Source of the DNA: Owenia fusiformis
Lineage: Eukaryota
Length of the DNA: 64,000 bases
Assembly: GCA_903813345.2 (NCBI GenBank)
Contig: CAIIXF020000001.1
Coordinates: 5,270,001 to 5,334,000, forward strand
Direction of reading: 5' to 3'
The notes beneath the pieces are model-generated. The model did not search any database and was not told the origin of the DNA. It worked only from the letters and a program-made list of their open reading frames with translations. This document shows, piece by piece, positions 28,974 to 41,796 of the stretch. Numbering within the stretch: position 1 is the stretch's first letter; every line of letters begins with the position of its first letter. The position numbers and the translations under genes are program-made.

Positions 28974-29580
28974 CAGGGTGGGCAAAAAATGCCACTTTTT
29001 TCAAAATGCTATAACTTTTTTAATTTTTGATACAAAATCATAATTTGCATACCAATTGAAACTTGAGGATGCTATCTAGCCATGGATTATGAATTATGTA
29101 TAAAAGAAAAATGTCACCAGTGTCTCACTTAAAAATGTGGTGTGCCCTGGGAAATAAACATAATTTGCAACATATTCCTGAATTGATACGGCCTGATGAA
29201 CACCTAGCTAAGAGTCCTGATGAAATCCCCAGTGAGTATAGGGTATGGGAAGATCTCCAGGAGATGGTATGAAGGCACCCAATCTAAAAATTGCCTAACT
29301 AAAGCTGGCAATAAAGACAGGTTGAAAGAAACTTTCCAACATTTCACCGATACTGCTATATCAGCAAGGCAACTAAGACTAAAAGCTATCATCAAAGAGG
29401 GTGGCAGACCAATTGAACTCCTCTTTTAGATCAAATATAATTCAAGTTGAAGGGCATTGTTACATTATATTATTACTCAGAACCCCTGGTACTATATAAC
29501 TGCAAAATTTGGGGAATATAGGTTGGAAAATAAAAAAGTTAGTGTCTTGAAAAAAAGTGGCGTTTTTTTGGCCCACCCTG
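28974..29580 (+). mobile_element. Non-autonomous Tc1/mariner element with a transposase C-terminal remnant (copy 1)
   Basis: TA|CAGGGTGGGC...GCCCACCCTG|TA. Remnant PELIRPDEHLAKSPDEIPSEYRVWEDLQEMV...DTAISARQLRLKAIIKEGGRPIELLF resembles WPPxSPDLNPxDYxVW...RLxAxIxxxGGHIE. Confidence 0.88.
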
Positions 29581-31274
29581 TATATATATTTATTACAGGT
29601 CGTGTAGACAATTGTTGCTTGATTTGCAAGCAAAAACATTGACATTTGCACATTGGTCATGCTGCGCATTTTTTAATAGAATTATTTTAGAAGTCCCATC
29701 AGTTCAAAAAAATTGTAGAAGACCTAACACATTTCCCTGTGTACTGCATCTATTCATTTAGCAATTCAATTGTAAATTTTTTTCTTGAAAAAATAAATCT
29801 AGGAGACATTTTAAGTTCCAATGGGGACATATGGAGCTACAGATACGTATAACGTGCTATATGTGGTTTGGTAACTGAAATCTTAGTTCATAATTGATCC
29901 GAAGATTTGCACATTTTTCAATTGAGTTGTATGGGGCCATTTAATAGTTCAGTTGTCCACAGTGAGTATTATCTATCATTCTTTTATATTAGATATTAGC
30001 GGCAAATTACAATAGGAATTAACAAAAACTAGATCGTGTTTAGCAATAATTTTTCAAATTCTCAAACCGGAAGTAAGCGATCAACTTTCACGGTATTTAG
30101 TTTTGGGGGGGAGGGGGGGGGTCTGAGTCAAAACTAGATTTATTTAGTTTCCGATCCGACATCGAACTTTTGATGCCTCCCCTTATACAATCATGATATT
30201 AGTGCAAGCTAGTTGATAAAATAATGAAATAGAGTGTTTTAATAAAATCAGTATTACCCTTTGGCTTTTCATACTCTCACATCAAAACACATCTAGGTGC
30301 TTACTTATAGGTTTTGATTACACCAGGTTTGTTTCATTGAAATATGTAATGTAAAAAAGAAAGAATCCATACCCATAAGGGTATATTTGGCGAAAATCTT
30401 AAGTAATATTTTTGTTTGAGATTTGGGTAGTATATTCACAACGTCGATCTATTTCACATATGTTCCCAGTTTTTCACTTGACCCTCAGGGGCTGTGTATG
30501 GGGGGGAGGGAAAACATGAATTTTTGCTAATTTTGAGATCTTTCTGAAGTATAGCTTTATTATACTCAAATGGAAGGCAATTTTGAGTAGATTGCAAAAA
30601 TTGTGTCATTTTTTAATTCAAGTCTCGTAAAATTCGAAATGGCTGCTTAAAATCACGCCCGATGATTGGAAGAAATAAATGGAGGAGGGAGTAGTTGATT
30701 AGTAGTAGCTATGGCAAAGAAAATCAGCTACTCCCCCTCCATTCATTTCTTCCGATCATGTAAATGATATTTCACAATAATTTCCTAATCTCTTCAAGGT
30801 ATGACTATTATCAAGTAACAGGGGTCTACACAACCTGTAATAAATACTTGTAAGTGAAGTTATTATCACAAAACTATTGTCATCGTTAGTTTTGTAAAAC
30901 ATGTTACCATATGTTATATAAAAAATAATCAAAAATTATAGAAATTGAATGGAGGGGAAGTGAATGGATCGGGGAGTAATGTGTCTTTAAGACATATGAT
31001 AAGAGATGTAACCTGACTTTATTTCCGAAAACTCCATATGTCTCTATTTTTCACTTTTCAGAGTTGTAACATCAAGTTGTTACTGAGTTGCTGAGCTCAT
31101 TTTTCAAAAACACAAATTCGCTGAAATTTCTTCCACCATTACTCCCCCACCTCTGTTCACTCCCCCACCTCTGTTCAATTTTAGTTATTTTCAATTATTT
31201 TTTACCTCACGTTTGGAAACTTATTTTAAATAACTGGCAATGACATTAATTTTGTGGTAAAAACGTTGCTTATA

Positions 31275-31882
31275 CAGGGTGGGCAAAAAATGCCACTTTT
31301 TTCAAAATGCTATAACTTTTTTAATTTTTGATACAAAATCTTAATTTGCATACCAATTGAAACTTGAGGATGCTATCTAGCCATGGATTATGAATTATGT
31401 ATAAAAGAAAAATGTCACCAGTGTCTCACTTAAAAATGTGGTGTGCCCTGGGAAATAAACATAATTTGCAACATATTCCTGAATTGATACGGCCTGATGA
31501 ACACCTAGCTAAGAGTCCTGATGAAATCCCCAGTGAGTATAGGGTATGGGAAGATCTCCAGGAGATGGTATGAAGGCACCCAATCTAAAAATTGCCTAAC
31601 TAAAGCTGGCAATAAAGACAGGTTGAAAGAAACTTTCCAACATTTCACCGATACTGCTATATCAGCAAGGCAACTAAGACTAAAAGCTATCATCAAAGAG
31701 GGTGGCAGACCAATTGAACTCCTCGTTTAGATCAAATATAATTCAAGTTGAAGGGCATTGTTACATTATATTATTACTCAGAACCCCTGGTACTATATAA
31801 CTGCAAAATTTGGGGAATATAGGTTGGAAAATAAAAAAGTTAGTGTCTTGAAAAAAAAGTGGCGTTTTTTTGGCCCACCCTG
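31275..31882 (+). mobile_element. Non-autonomous Tc1/mariner element (copy 2, part of the triplication)
   Basis: Same TIRs, TA TSD and transposase remnant as 28974-29580. Confidence 0.88.
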
Positions 31883-33580
31883 TATATATATTTATTACAG
31901 GTCGTGTAGACAATTGTTGCTTGATTTGCAAGCAAAAACATTGACATTTGCACATTGGTCATGCTGCGCATTTTTTAATAGAATTATTTTAGAAGTCCCA
32001 TCAGTTCAAAAAAATTGTAGAAGACCTAACACATTTCCCTGTGTACTGCATCTATTCATTTAGCAATTCAATTGTAAATTTTTTTCTTGAAAAAATAAAT
32101 CTAGGAGACATTTTAAGTTCCAATGGGGACATATGGAGCTACAGATACGTATAACGTGCTATATGTGGTTTGGTAACTGAAATCTTAGTTCATAATTGAT
32201 CCGAAGATTTGCACATTTTTCAATTGAGTTGTATGGGGCCATTTAATAGTTCAGTTGTCCACAGTGAGTATTATCTATCATTCTTTTATATTAGATATTA
32301 GCGGCAAATTACAATAGGAATTAACAAAAACTAGATCGTGTTTAGCAATAATTTTTCAAATTCTCAAACCGGAAGTAAGCGATCAACTTTCACGGTATTT
32401 AGTTTTTGGGGGGGAGGGGGGGGGGGTCTGAGTCAAAACTAGATTTATTTAGTTTCCGATCCGACATCGAACTTTTGATGCCTCCCCTTATACAATCATG
32501 ATATTAGTGCAAGCTAGTTGATAAAATAATGAAATAGAGTGTTTTAATAAAATCAGTATTACCGTTTGGCTTTTCATACTCTCACATCAAAACACATCTA
32601 GGTGCTTACTTATAGGTTTTGATTACACCAGGTTTGTTTCATTGAAATATGTAATGTAAAAAAGAAAGAATCCATACCCATAAGGGTATATTTGGCGAAA
32701 ATCTTAAGTAATATTTTTGTTTGAGATTTGGGTAGTATATTCACAACGTCGATCTATTTCACATATGTTCCCAGTTTTTCACTTGACCCTCAGGGGCTGT
32801 GTATGGGGGGGGAGGGAAAACAGGAATTTTTGCTAATTTTGAGATCTTTCTGAAGTATAGCTTTATTATACTCAAATGGAAGGCAATTTTGAGTAGATTG
32901 CAAAAATTGTGTCATTTTTTAATTCAAGTCTCGTAAAATTCGAAATGGCTGCTTAAAATCACGCCCGATGATTGGAAGAAATAAATGGAGGAGGGAGTAG
33001 CTGATTAGTAGTAGCTATGGCAAAGAAAATCAGCTACTCCCCCTCCATTCATTTCTTCCGATCATGTAAATGATATTTCACAATAATTTCCTGATCTCTT
33101 CAAGGTATGACTATTATCAAGTAACAGGGGTCTACACGACCTGTAATAAATACTTGTAAGTGAAGTTATTATCACAAAACTATTGTCATCGTTAGTTTTG
33201 TAAAACATGTTACCATATGTTATATAAAAAATAATCAAAAATTATAGAAATTGAATGGAGGGGAAGTGAATGGATAGGGGAGTAATGTGTCTTTAAGACA
33301 TATGATAAGAGATGTAACCTGACTTTATTTCCGAAAACTCCATATGTCTCTATTTTTCACTTTTCAGAGTTGTAACATCAAGTTGTTACTGAGTTGCTGA
33401 GCTCATTTTTCAAAAACACAAATTCGCTGAAATTTCTTCCACCATTACTCCCCCACCTCTGTTCACTCCCCCACCTCTGTTCAATTTTAGTTATTTTCAA
33501 TTATTTTTTACCTCACGTTTGGAAACTTATTTTAAATAACTGGCAATGACATTAATTTTGTGGTAAAAACGTTGCTTATA

Positions 33581-34187
33581 CAGGGTGGGCAAAAAATGCC
33601 ACTTTTTTCAAAATGCTATAACTTTTTTAATTTTTGATACAAAATCATAATTTGCATACCAATTGAAACTTGAGGATGCTATCTAGCCATGGATTATGAA
33701 TTATGTATAAAAGAAAAATGTCACCAGTGTCTCACTTAAAAATGTGGTGTGCCCTGGGAAATAAACATAATTTGCAACATATTCCTGAATTGATACGGCC
33801 TGATGAACACCTAGCTAAGAGTCCTGATGAAATCCCCAGTGAGTATAGGGTATGGGAAGATCTCCAGGAGATGGTATGAAGGCACCCAATCTAAAAATTG
33901 CCTAACTAAAGCTGGCAATAAAGACAGGTTGAAAGAAACTTTCCAACATTTCACCGATACTGCTATATCAGCAAGGCAACTAAGACTAAAAGCTATCATC
34001 AAAGAGGGTGGCAGACCAATTGAACTCCTCTTTTAGATCAAATATAATTCAAGTTGAAGGGCATTGTTACATTATATTATTACTCAGAACCCCTGGTACT
34101 ATATAACTGCAAAATTTGGGGAATATAGGTTGGAAAATAAAAAAGTTAGTGTCTTGAAAAAAAGTGGCGTTTTTTTGGCCCACCCTG
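33581..34187 (+). mobile_element. Non-autonomous Tc1/mariner element (copy 3, part of the triplication)
   Basis: Same TIRs, TA TSD and transposase remnant as 28974-29580. Confidence 0.88.
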
Positions 34188-34674
34188 TATATATATTTAT
34201 TACAGGTCGTGTAGACAATTGTTGCTTGATTTGCAAGCAAAAACATTGACATTTGCACATTGGTCATGCTGCGCATTTTTTAATAGAATTATTTTAGAAG
34301 TCCCATCAGTTCAAAAAAATTGTAGAAGACCTAACACATTTCCCTGTGTACTGCATCTATTCATTTAGCAATTCAATTGTAAATTTTTTTCTTGAAAAAA
34401 TAAATCTAGGAGACATTTTAAGTTCCAATGGGGACATATGGAGCTACAGATACGTATAACGTGCTATATGTGGTTTGGTAACTGAAATCTTAGTTCATAA
34501 TTGATCCGAAGATTTGCACATTTTTCAATTGAGTTGTATGGGGCCATTTAATAGTTCAGTTGTCCACAGTGAGTATTATCTATCATTCTTTTATATTAGA
34601 TATTAGATAGAGGGTGCTGACTGTGGAGTTGTCCCATTCTCAAAATTCATTTCGTTCCTTGTGTAAAGGTCAGC

Positions 34675-35057
34675 GTAAAATCGTATCCTCAAGAATTAGC
34701 CCCGGGGACCTTTCAACACTATTATAACACTCATCCTCAAGAATTATCCCCCTGAACTTTTAACACTGTCACTATGTTGGCTATCAATACTGTTTAAATA
34801 CATTAAACATTCCCAAGTCTTGTATTTATCTATGATTAAATTAGTAGAGTGATCTTATAGAATTTATGAGCCCAAATCCAATCAAAAGCAAATAACAAGC
34901 TTTAAAATTGCAAAACACAAATGTGATTTATTAATTTAATGTATAAGTGGTTTATTGAGTATATATAAACATATAATATGATAAATTTCTAGCATCTAGC
35001 ATGTACTTTAGGTAATTATTACTTTCCCGGGATTTGGGCTTGAGGATACGATTTTAC
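34675..35057. repeat. Inverted-repeat element immediately upstream of SNRPA1
   Basis: GTAAAATCGTATCCTCAAG (34675) / CTTGAGGATACGATTTTAC (to 35057). Confidence 0.7.
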
Positions 35058-35238
35058 TTACGAATTGCACTGGACGAAAGGCTCGGAGATTGTTGTCCCG
35101 CGTGATCTTGCGAGACCTTGTGACTTCCTGTTTATGCGCATCGTTTGTGCGCAGTCAAAATTTGGCGTGTTTCAAACGTATTTTTTTTGTTCACTAAAAC
35201 ACAAATATCTCTATTTTCGCTGCGTATCTATTTACAAA

Positions 35239-38200
35239 ATGGTGAAGTTGACACCGGAATTGATCCAACAGGCGCAACAATATACGAATCCAGTGCGGGA
35301 CAGAGAATTGACTCTCCGAGGATATAAAATTCCAGTCCTAGAAAATCTGGGAGCGACTCTCGATCAATTCGACACAATCGATTTTTCTGACAATGACATT
35401 CGTAAGCTTGATAGCTTTCCATTATTAAAGAGATTAAAAACCCTTCTTTTTAACAATAACAGAGTTTCAAGAATCACAGAAAATCTTGAAGAAAGTTTAC
35501 CTAATTTGGAAACATTGATTCTCACCAATAACAACATGCGCGAGTTGGGCGATATTGATGTGTTATCAACTGTAAAAACATTGTCCACTCTCAGCTTACT
35601 CGGAAACCCTATCACCACTAAAGAACACTACAGACTTTATATTGTGCATACACTGCCAAATCTGCGTCTGTTAGACTTTAGGAAAATCAAACAAAAGGAA
35701 CGTGATGCTGCTCAACGTTTGTTCAAGGGGAAAAGAGGAGCCAACCTTATCCGTCAGATTGGTCAGAAGTCTAATACCTTCGTACCAGGTGGAAATATTC
35801 CAGAAAAGCGAGTTGCTCCTCCTAAAGATGTTGAGGCAATCAAGAGAGCCATAGTGAATGCAAAGAGTTTAGAGGAGGTTGAACGTCTAACCCAAATGCT
35901 CAGGACTGGTCAAGTACCAGGTATTACTTGAAACTTACTCACTTCGAGAGCCATGTTAGATTTTGAAACTTATGCACATGCTATCTATTGCAAGACTAAC
36001 GCCTGGTGTAACCGTCGCCATGTTATTCGGTGTTTTTTAAGTAGCGCAAGGATCCTGCCATGACCGTGGCAGTGTTATTTTGTAAGCCTGGTATAACCGT
36101 GACAACGCTGTATTATATTGCAAGGCCTGTCATGACCGTGAGTGTTTTCGTGGAAGCCTGGCGCGGCCGTAGCATTTACGTTTAATTTAAGAATTTTTTA
36201 TTGTTGTATGTTAAGGATGTTCCCTGGACGAAGTTGAAAACGATGAACACCAACCCCTAATTTTTCTTTTCAAAATGTGAAGTACATAGCATAACTAAGT
36301 GTTTCTGTGAGTTTAAGAAAAAGTTAAATATTCAAAAGTGTGTTTTGGGGTGAAAACCTGATTTTTAACATGGGTTTCAATGAGAAAGTGCCACGCCCAC
36401 TTTTGTCAAATATCGACACTTTAGAGGCCTCTTGCTCAGAAAAAAGCACACTAACATATGGTTTTTAAAGTTTTAATATTCTTTGTTGCCCGTGAGAATC
36501 CCAGAAAACCATTTTTGAGAAAAAGTTAAATACTATTGAATATTTTCCTATCTGACCAGGGAACATCCTTAAGTGATTTGTTTACTATCCACTTTTAAAT
36601 AAATTGTTTATTAGCGTGACTCAAATAACTTGTCTTATTCTGTGTAAATGATTAATTATTTTAGAATATGCGGAAATAATGTGAATATAATGTCTAGTAG
36701 TAATTTTGATATTAACATAATTAAGGTAGTTAAACACCTACATCACCACTCTCATACCTGAACTTGCAATACTACATTACACTGCCACGGCGGTCATACC
36801 AAGCCTTGCAATACTATATTACATTGTCACGGTCATGCCAGGCCTTGCAGTACTATATTACATTGTCACGGTCATGGCAGACCTTGCAATACTATATTAC
36901 CTTGTCACGGTCATGCCAGGCTTTGCAATACACATTGTCACGGTTATAGCAGTAGTCCTAATCATAAATTTCTACATCACCACTTTCATACCTGAACTTG
37001 CAATATTACATTACACTGCCACGGCGGTCATACCAAGCCTTGCAATACTATATTACATTGTCACGGTCATGCCAGGCCTTGCAGTACTATATGACATTGT
37101 CACGGTCATGCCCGGCTTTGCTATAAACATTGTCACAGTTATAGCAGTCCTAATCATAAATTATTGCAAGGCCTGTCATGACCGTGGTAATGTTAAAGCC
37201 TAATATGACCGTGACAATGCTTATAAGGCCTGTCATGACCGTGGTAATGTTAAAGCCCCGTATGACCGTGACAATAGTTGCAAGGCCTCTAATGATCGTG
37301 GTTGTATTTAAAGTAGCATGAGAACACTGTAATGACAATTTTTCTTCGTGTTTAACTACCTTAAATATGTAAATAAAGACTACTAATAATGTGTATTAAT
37401 TTCACAACGAAAACCTAATTTTTACTCATAAATAATTTGCAAACAAACTATATCTCTACTCTCATTCAAAGAGCTTCGATTCGAAAGCATATACTTTCTA
37501 TAATGATCAATTGATAAGATTTATTCATAAAAAATACCAACAGCAACGGGTCATTAATGTCATATAAAGGTTGCGGTCGCGCCAGGCTTACACGATTACA
37601 CTACCACGGTCATGGCAGGCATTTTAATATAATACAGCATTGTCGCGGTTATACCAGGCTTTCACGATAACATTACCACGGTCATGGCAGGATCCTTGCG
37701 CTACTTAAAAAACACCAAATAACATGGTGACGGTTACGCCAAGCGTTAGTCTTGCAACAGATAGGGTCTCAACTTATGGCTCTCAAACGGGGGAATGGAC
37801 AGCTGAATAATAGTGACCTTTTAAACACAAATTAAGTCGATCAGCTGCCTACTTTTGTTCTCTAACTATGTTATCCGTGCAAGTATTGGAGCGCTGAAGT
37901 ACTTCCTTTTCGATCAAGACTTGTAATTTTTAGTCGAATGAATGTTTTTATTGGCAAATTCCAATATGGCGTTTTATGCTCAGACATTTCCGCGAATCTC
38001 TGGAGGTTGTCCGAACCTAATCATTCTCAAAATTCATTTCGCTCGTTGCGTATCTCGCCCTTAGCAAACCGCCATATTGGAAATGGGTCGAAAAAACATT
38101 TACTCAATGAACAATTTACAAGTCTTGATCTAAAAAGAAGTATTTCAGTGCTCCAATACTTGCACGGATTGATGATACTGATGTAAGACACAGTTAGAGA

Positions 38201-38599
38201 CCAAAAGTTTTATTCATATTTTAAAGGTCACTATTACTCCGCTGCCCAAGTGCGCCGTGGGAAAGCTATTGTATCAAAATCCACTATAGCTTTCGCAGGA
38301 AGTAAACTTGAAACCGTTTTCTGTATCTAGTTTTAGACTGTTACTTTATTTTTTCATTCACTTCACTGGTTTGGTTATATTATCCAGTTTGGAACATAAA
38401 TAATGACTCATAGATTTACTGAAGTGAGGATTTCCCATGTTAAAATAAGAGAATCAGGGAATGTACTAAAAACCCTACGACCTACGACTTGCTTGGTGTC
38501 AACATTATCCAAAACATTTTTATTGTTGATGTATGACATTTATTTTACTCAGGTGGTGCTGGCGAAAAGGAAGAAATGATGGAAGTCAATGGTCACTAG
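35239..38599 (+). CDS. SNRPA1: U2 small nuclear ribonucleoprotein A' (U2A'), 2 exons, 242 aa
   Basis: Exon 1 35239-35920 (MVKLTPELIQQAQQYTNPVRDRELTLRGYKIPVLENLGATLDQFDTIDFSDNDIRKLDSFPLLKRLKTLL...TGQVP), donor CAG|GTATTA. Exon 2 38553-38599 follows TTTTACTCAG and gives GGAGEKEEMMEVNGH*, resembling the acidic U2A' tail. The unspliced ORF would stop at 35931. Confidence 0.94.
36215..36568. mobile_element. Kolobok-like MITE nested in the foldback element
   Basis: TTAA|GGATGTTCCCTGG...CCAGGGAACATCC|TTAA. Confidence 0.85.
36725..37360. mobile_element. Kolobok-like MITE containing a ~36-bp minisatellite
   Basis: TTAA|GGTAGTTAAACAC...GTGTTTAACTACC|TTAA. Internal tandem units GCAATACTATATTACATTGTCACGGTCATGCCAGGCCTT, orientation reversing near 37160. 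Confidence 0.8.
37800..38245. repeat. Imperfect foldback/MITE in the SNRPA1 intron
   Basis: ATCCGTGCAAGTATTGGAGC.CTGAA...GATCAAGACTTGTAA...CCAATATGGCG is mirrored by CGCCATATTGG...TTACAAGTCTTGATC...GCTCCAATACTTGCACGGAT. Confidence 0.75.
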
Positions 38600-41500
38600 A
38601 CGATATATCCTCAGCAAAAGAAAAACCACATTGATAAATAACCCACGTTTTACAATTGAAGGCCAGGAACCTCTGCAAAATGACTAATATAATTTTTCTT
38701 GATGGTTCTTCAGTTGTAAGCCAAAATCAGAGGTTAGATGTAGGTTTTGCATTTCCTTTCATAATATGTATTGAAATGGACTTTTTGATACAGACTTTAA
38801 GCTGATAACGATTGTTCATGTTTGTTGAATGTATGACCATTTGCAACAAGAATGTTTACTGATGTAGATATCAGTAATGAATGTACCGATGTACATATAG
38901 TGTAGTCTTAAAAACAGAACATATACTATACTTTGATATCTAACTGAAGCAGATTTTGATTTGATTTTATGTCATCTAAAATTGATGACATATTGTTGTT
39001 GTGTAATATTGTTATGGCAATATGGTTCAATAATGAGTAACTTGAATTTTTCATTTAGTACATGTTTTCTTGACAATTAATAATGCTGCAACAAAATGTT
39101 TTACTTTTGAATGATAATTTTATATGTTTGCTCTTCAGCTTTCTCAGAATTCTAAAAATTGTATTATGTCTGTCATGGAATCCATTTTCTGACCACCATG
39201 CAATTGTGACTGGAAAAAGCCATCCAACATATTTATATGAACCAACACAAAACATACACTATTTGTTATTGATTGACCAAGAATGGAGTTCAGTTACATT
39301 TCGATTCAATGATTATCAGACATTTTAGTAAACTGATTCAGACTGCATTCTTACCCTATTCTACAGGCCCGTAGCCAGGATTTGCCAAGGGGGGTTCACT
39401 ACCCATCGAATCCCCCTGGCTACGAGCCTGTTCTGTGACTGTTCAAACTGTTAATGAATGGATCCATTTCTGTAACAAAATGGAGCAGCCTCGAAGGCAC
39501 AAGTTTTCTTTTTCCATGATTTCATGAGATATAGGCAGAAACTTCACGACCTTTTAGTACAAATATGTGTCAGCAGTGCATCCTATGTTTAAGAAAATCT
39601 AAATGCAAACAAATTGTTCACAAGAAGTCAGAATCATGGATATATAATTCCTCGCTTTAGTTACGTAAATGGATCTTTAAAAATGGCAACATCTGTAGTA
39701 GTGGGGGGAATTTACCCCTATATTTGGCAGAATATTTCAGATGGTGATACAAGTATAAACTTTTGCTTTTCTACTACTTCAAACCTTTTTAAAAAAATCT
39801 GTCCCTGTGATCAATGGATTTTTTTACTTTTTCCCCCCAAAATCCAAGATGGCCGACACACTATAGCTCGGAAAATATATTTAGCTCTGATTTGGCAAAT
39901 ACAGCTGTAATATAAAGTTTAAATTGTGTTTTCAGGACTAAATGCACTAATAGGGACACCACATAATACATGTCATGAGCTTAAGTCAAAATAAATAATT
40001 ATATGGGAGTTAAGCAAGGTTCATTTCTGACCCCCCTCTTATTTTGTTCATTTATAAGTTTGTATAACCCTACTCCTATGAATTATACATAATTAGTAAG
40101 ACTGTTCTTAAATTTTAGATTTTTATTCTCTGCTACATATCAAATTAGTTTGTATAAATGACCGTAGCCTAAAGAATTGAAGGATTTTCACAAATAAATG
40201 GTTTATTGAGTACAGACATTTACCATGCACTTACAATTACAGACTATTACAGCGACATCAGGACCACTAAAAGCAAATTCAATTATTCATTAAATTTTGA
40301 TTGAGGTTAAAGACATTAAATACAATCCATCAATGTATTCTATGCATTATTGAGTATGAATATGAAACATGTGGTTTTCCATGACTCTTCAGTAAGGAGG
40401 AATGAAATACCAAGCAGGAAGGTGATGTGAAATTTGAGTAAGAATTTGCAAAATTTAATCTAACAAAAATCTACCATTATTTGTAGAATTTTGATTAAAT
40501 GTAAAATATTAATTCATCCCATAAATATATCTTATGCATTCTTTCATGGTGTTCAACCCAAACGCTCTTACATGCACAATGGAAAGTTTCATCCAAGCGG
40601 AAACGGGGCTAATGAAGATCCCACTATGACTGAAAGTATTGTTTCACTAGTTTCTCTTACATATCACGCGTTATGGTGACATATTATGTACCATTCGATG
40701 AACAATACCCTGAGCAAAGATCTTATTTATTCAACTTCTGGTGGTAAACTGTTATTTGCTTGATCAAAGCTCCGTAGTGTAGATCAAACAAATTTGAAGT
40801 TGACAAATTGACCACAAATTACGAATTAAATTAGTAGTAATATGAAATTTGCTCTAAAACATAAAACTATTGACAAATAAACAAAAAGTTTATATGTGAA
40901 TTAATCGTTCTTTTGATGCCAAGGGTAACAATAGATTGTTTCTTTCTCTTCTTGAAAAGGAAAGTTGAGCTTAGTACAGCAGTGTTTCCAGTTCACTGTG
41001 TTAACCAGATCGCAGCATTTCTTGAATATGAGAATGTCATTATTTTTAAGACTTGATTTTTGTTATCAAATAACGATTACGATAATGTATGGTGTGATCA
41101 AGGTTTGGAATTTGACCAAAATATACTCTGATGCTCAAGGAACAGGGTTTTGACCGGAAGAATGACAAATATGTTTATGAATTTTGATAACTATACTGCT
41201 TAAGACAGCTCTTCCTAATTGCTTCAAACGTCAACAGCCATCAAAGTACAATATATCACACCCATCAAATGGTATACTTGAAATAAGTAACACATACTTC
41301 TTATTCCCATCATTGGGGAAATTGTCAGATGACTCATCATTTCCGCTCGCCATACTCCAGAGTGTTTCTTTGTTTAGTTTCAGGAATGAAGCGTTCAATC
41401 TTGCATGTAAGAGCGTTTGGGTTGGACACCGTGTCCTTTAATTGTGAAAATCAAATATATGGGATGTCATGACTCCTCAGTAAAGAGGAAGGAAACGATT

Positions 41501-41796
41501 GGAGGGAAGATAATTTAAAATTTGGGTAGGAATTTGCTAATTAGAAATTAAATCTTCCAATATTCTACAATTATTTTGAATTATTAAATTATCACAATTT
41601 CTAGATAATATTTAATGAACAATTAATTTTGTAATGTCTTGGGCTAAGGCCATGAATGTTTTTTTAAGAATAAACAAAAATGAATATAAAATATGGTAAA
41701 AATCTATTCTAACATTTTGCAAACATGACATATCTGCAACAACTAATGTACATGTACTAGGGCAACAGCCCAACTCATATGTGGGTGTTTTCCATA

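Larger units (their letters stand above)
27693..34606. repeat. Tandem triplication of a ~2.3-kb unit
   Basis: Units about 27693-29997, 29998-32299 and 32300-34604 are near-identical, with AG microhomology at the junctions. Each unit carries a Tc1/mariner remnant and a Harbinger-MITE right TIR. Confidence 0.97.
35948..37782. mobile_element. Foldback element with ~230-bp subrepeat-rich inverted arms in the SNRPA1 intron
   Basis: About 35948-36180 is the reverse complement of about 37565-37782 (e.g. TTTTTAAGTAGCGCAAGGATCCTGCCATGACCGTGG). Termini GAG...CTC. Confidence 0.8.

Noticed and set aside
29204-34276. Triplicated short ORFs suggesting a small gene family
   Set aside because: They are transposase remnants or antisense frames inside the triplicated Tc1/mariner element.
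35065-35238. 58-aa N-terminal extension of the SNRPA1 ORF in the ORF track
   Set aside because: It starts at a non-ATG codon; the conserved U2A' start MVKLT is at 35239 in good AAAATGG context.
36740-37310. CRISPR-like appearance of ~36-bp periodic repeats, and ORFs 36764-37338
   Set aside because: Units are contiguous with no unique spacers, there are no cas genes, and the context is a eukaryotic intron; it is a minisatellite.
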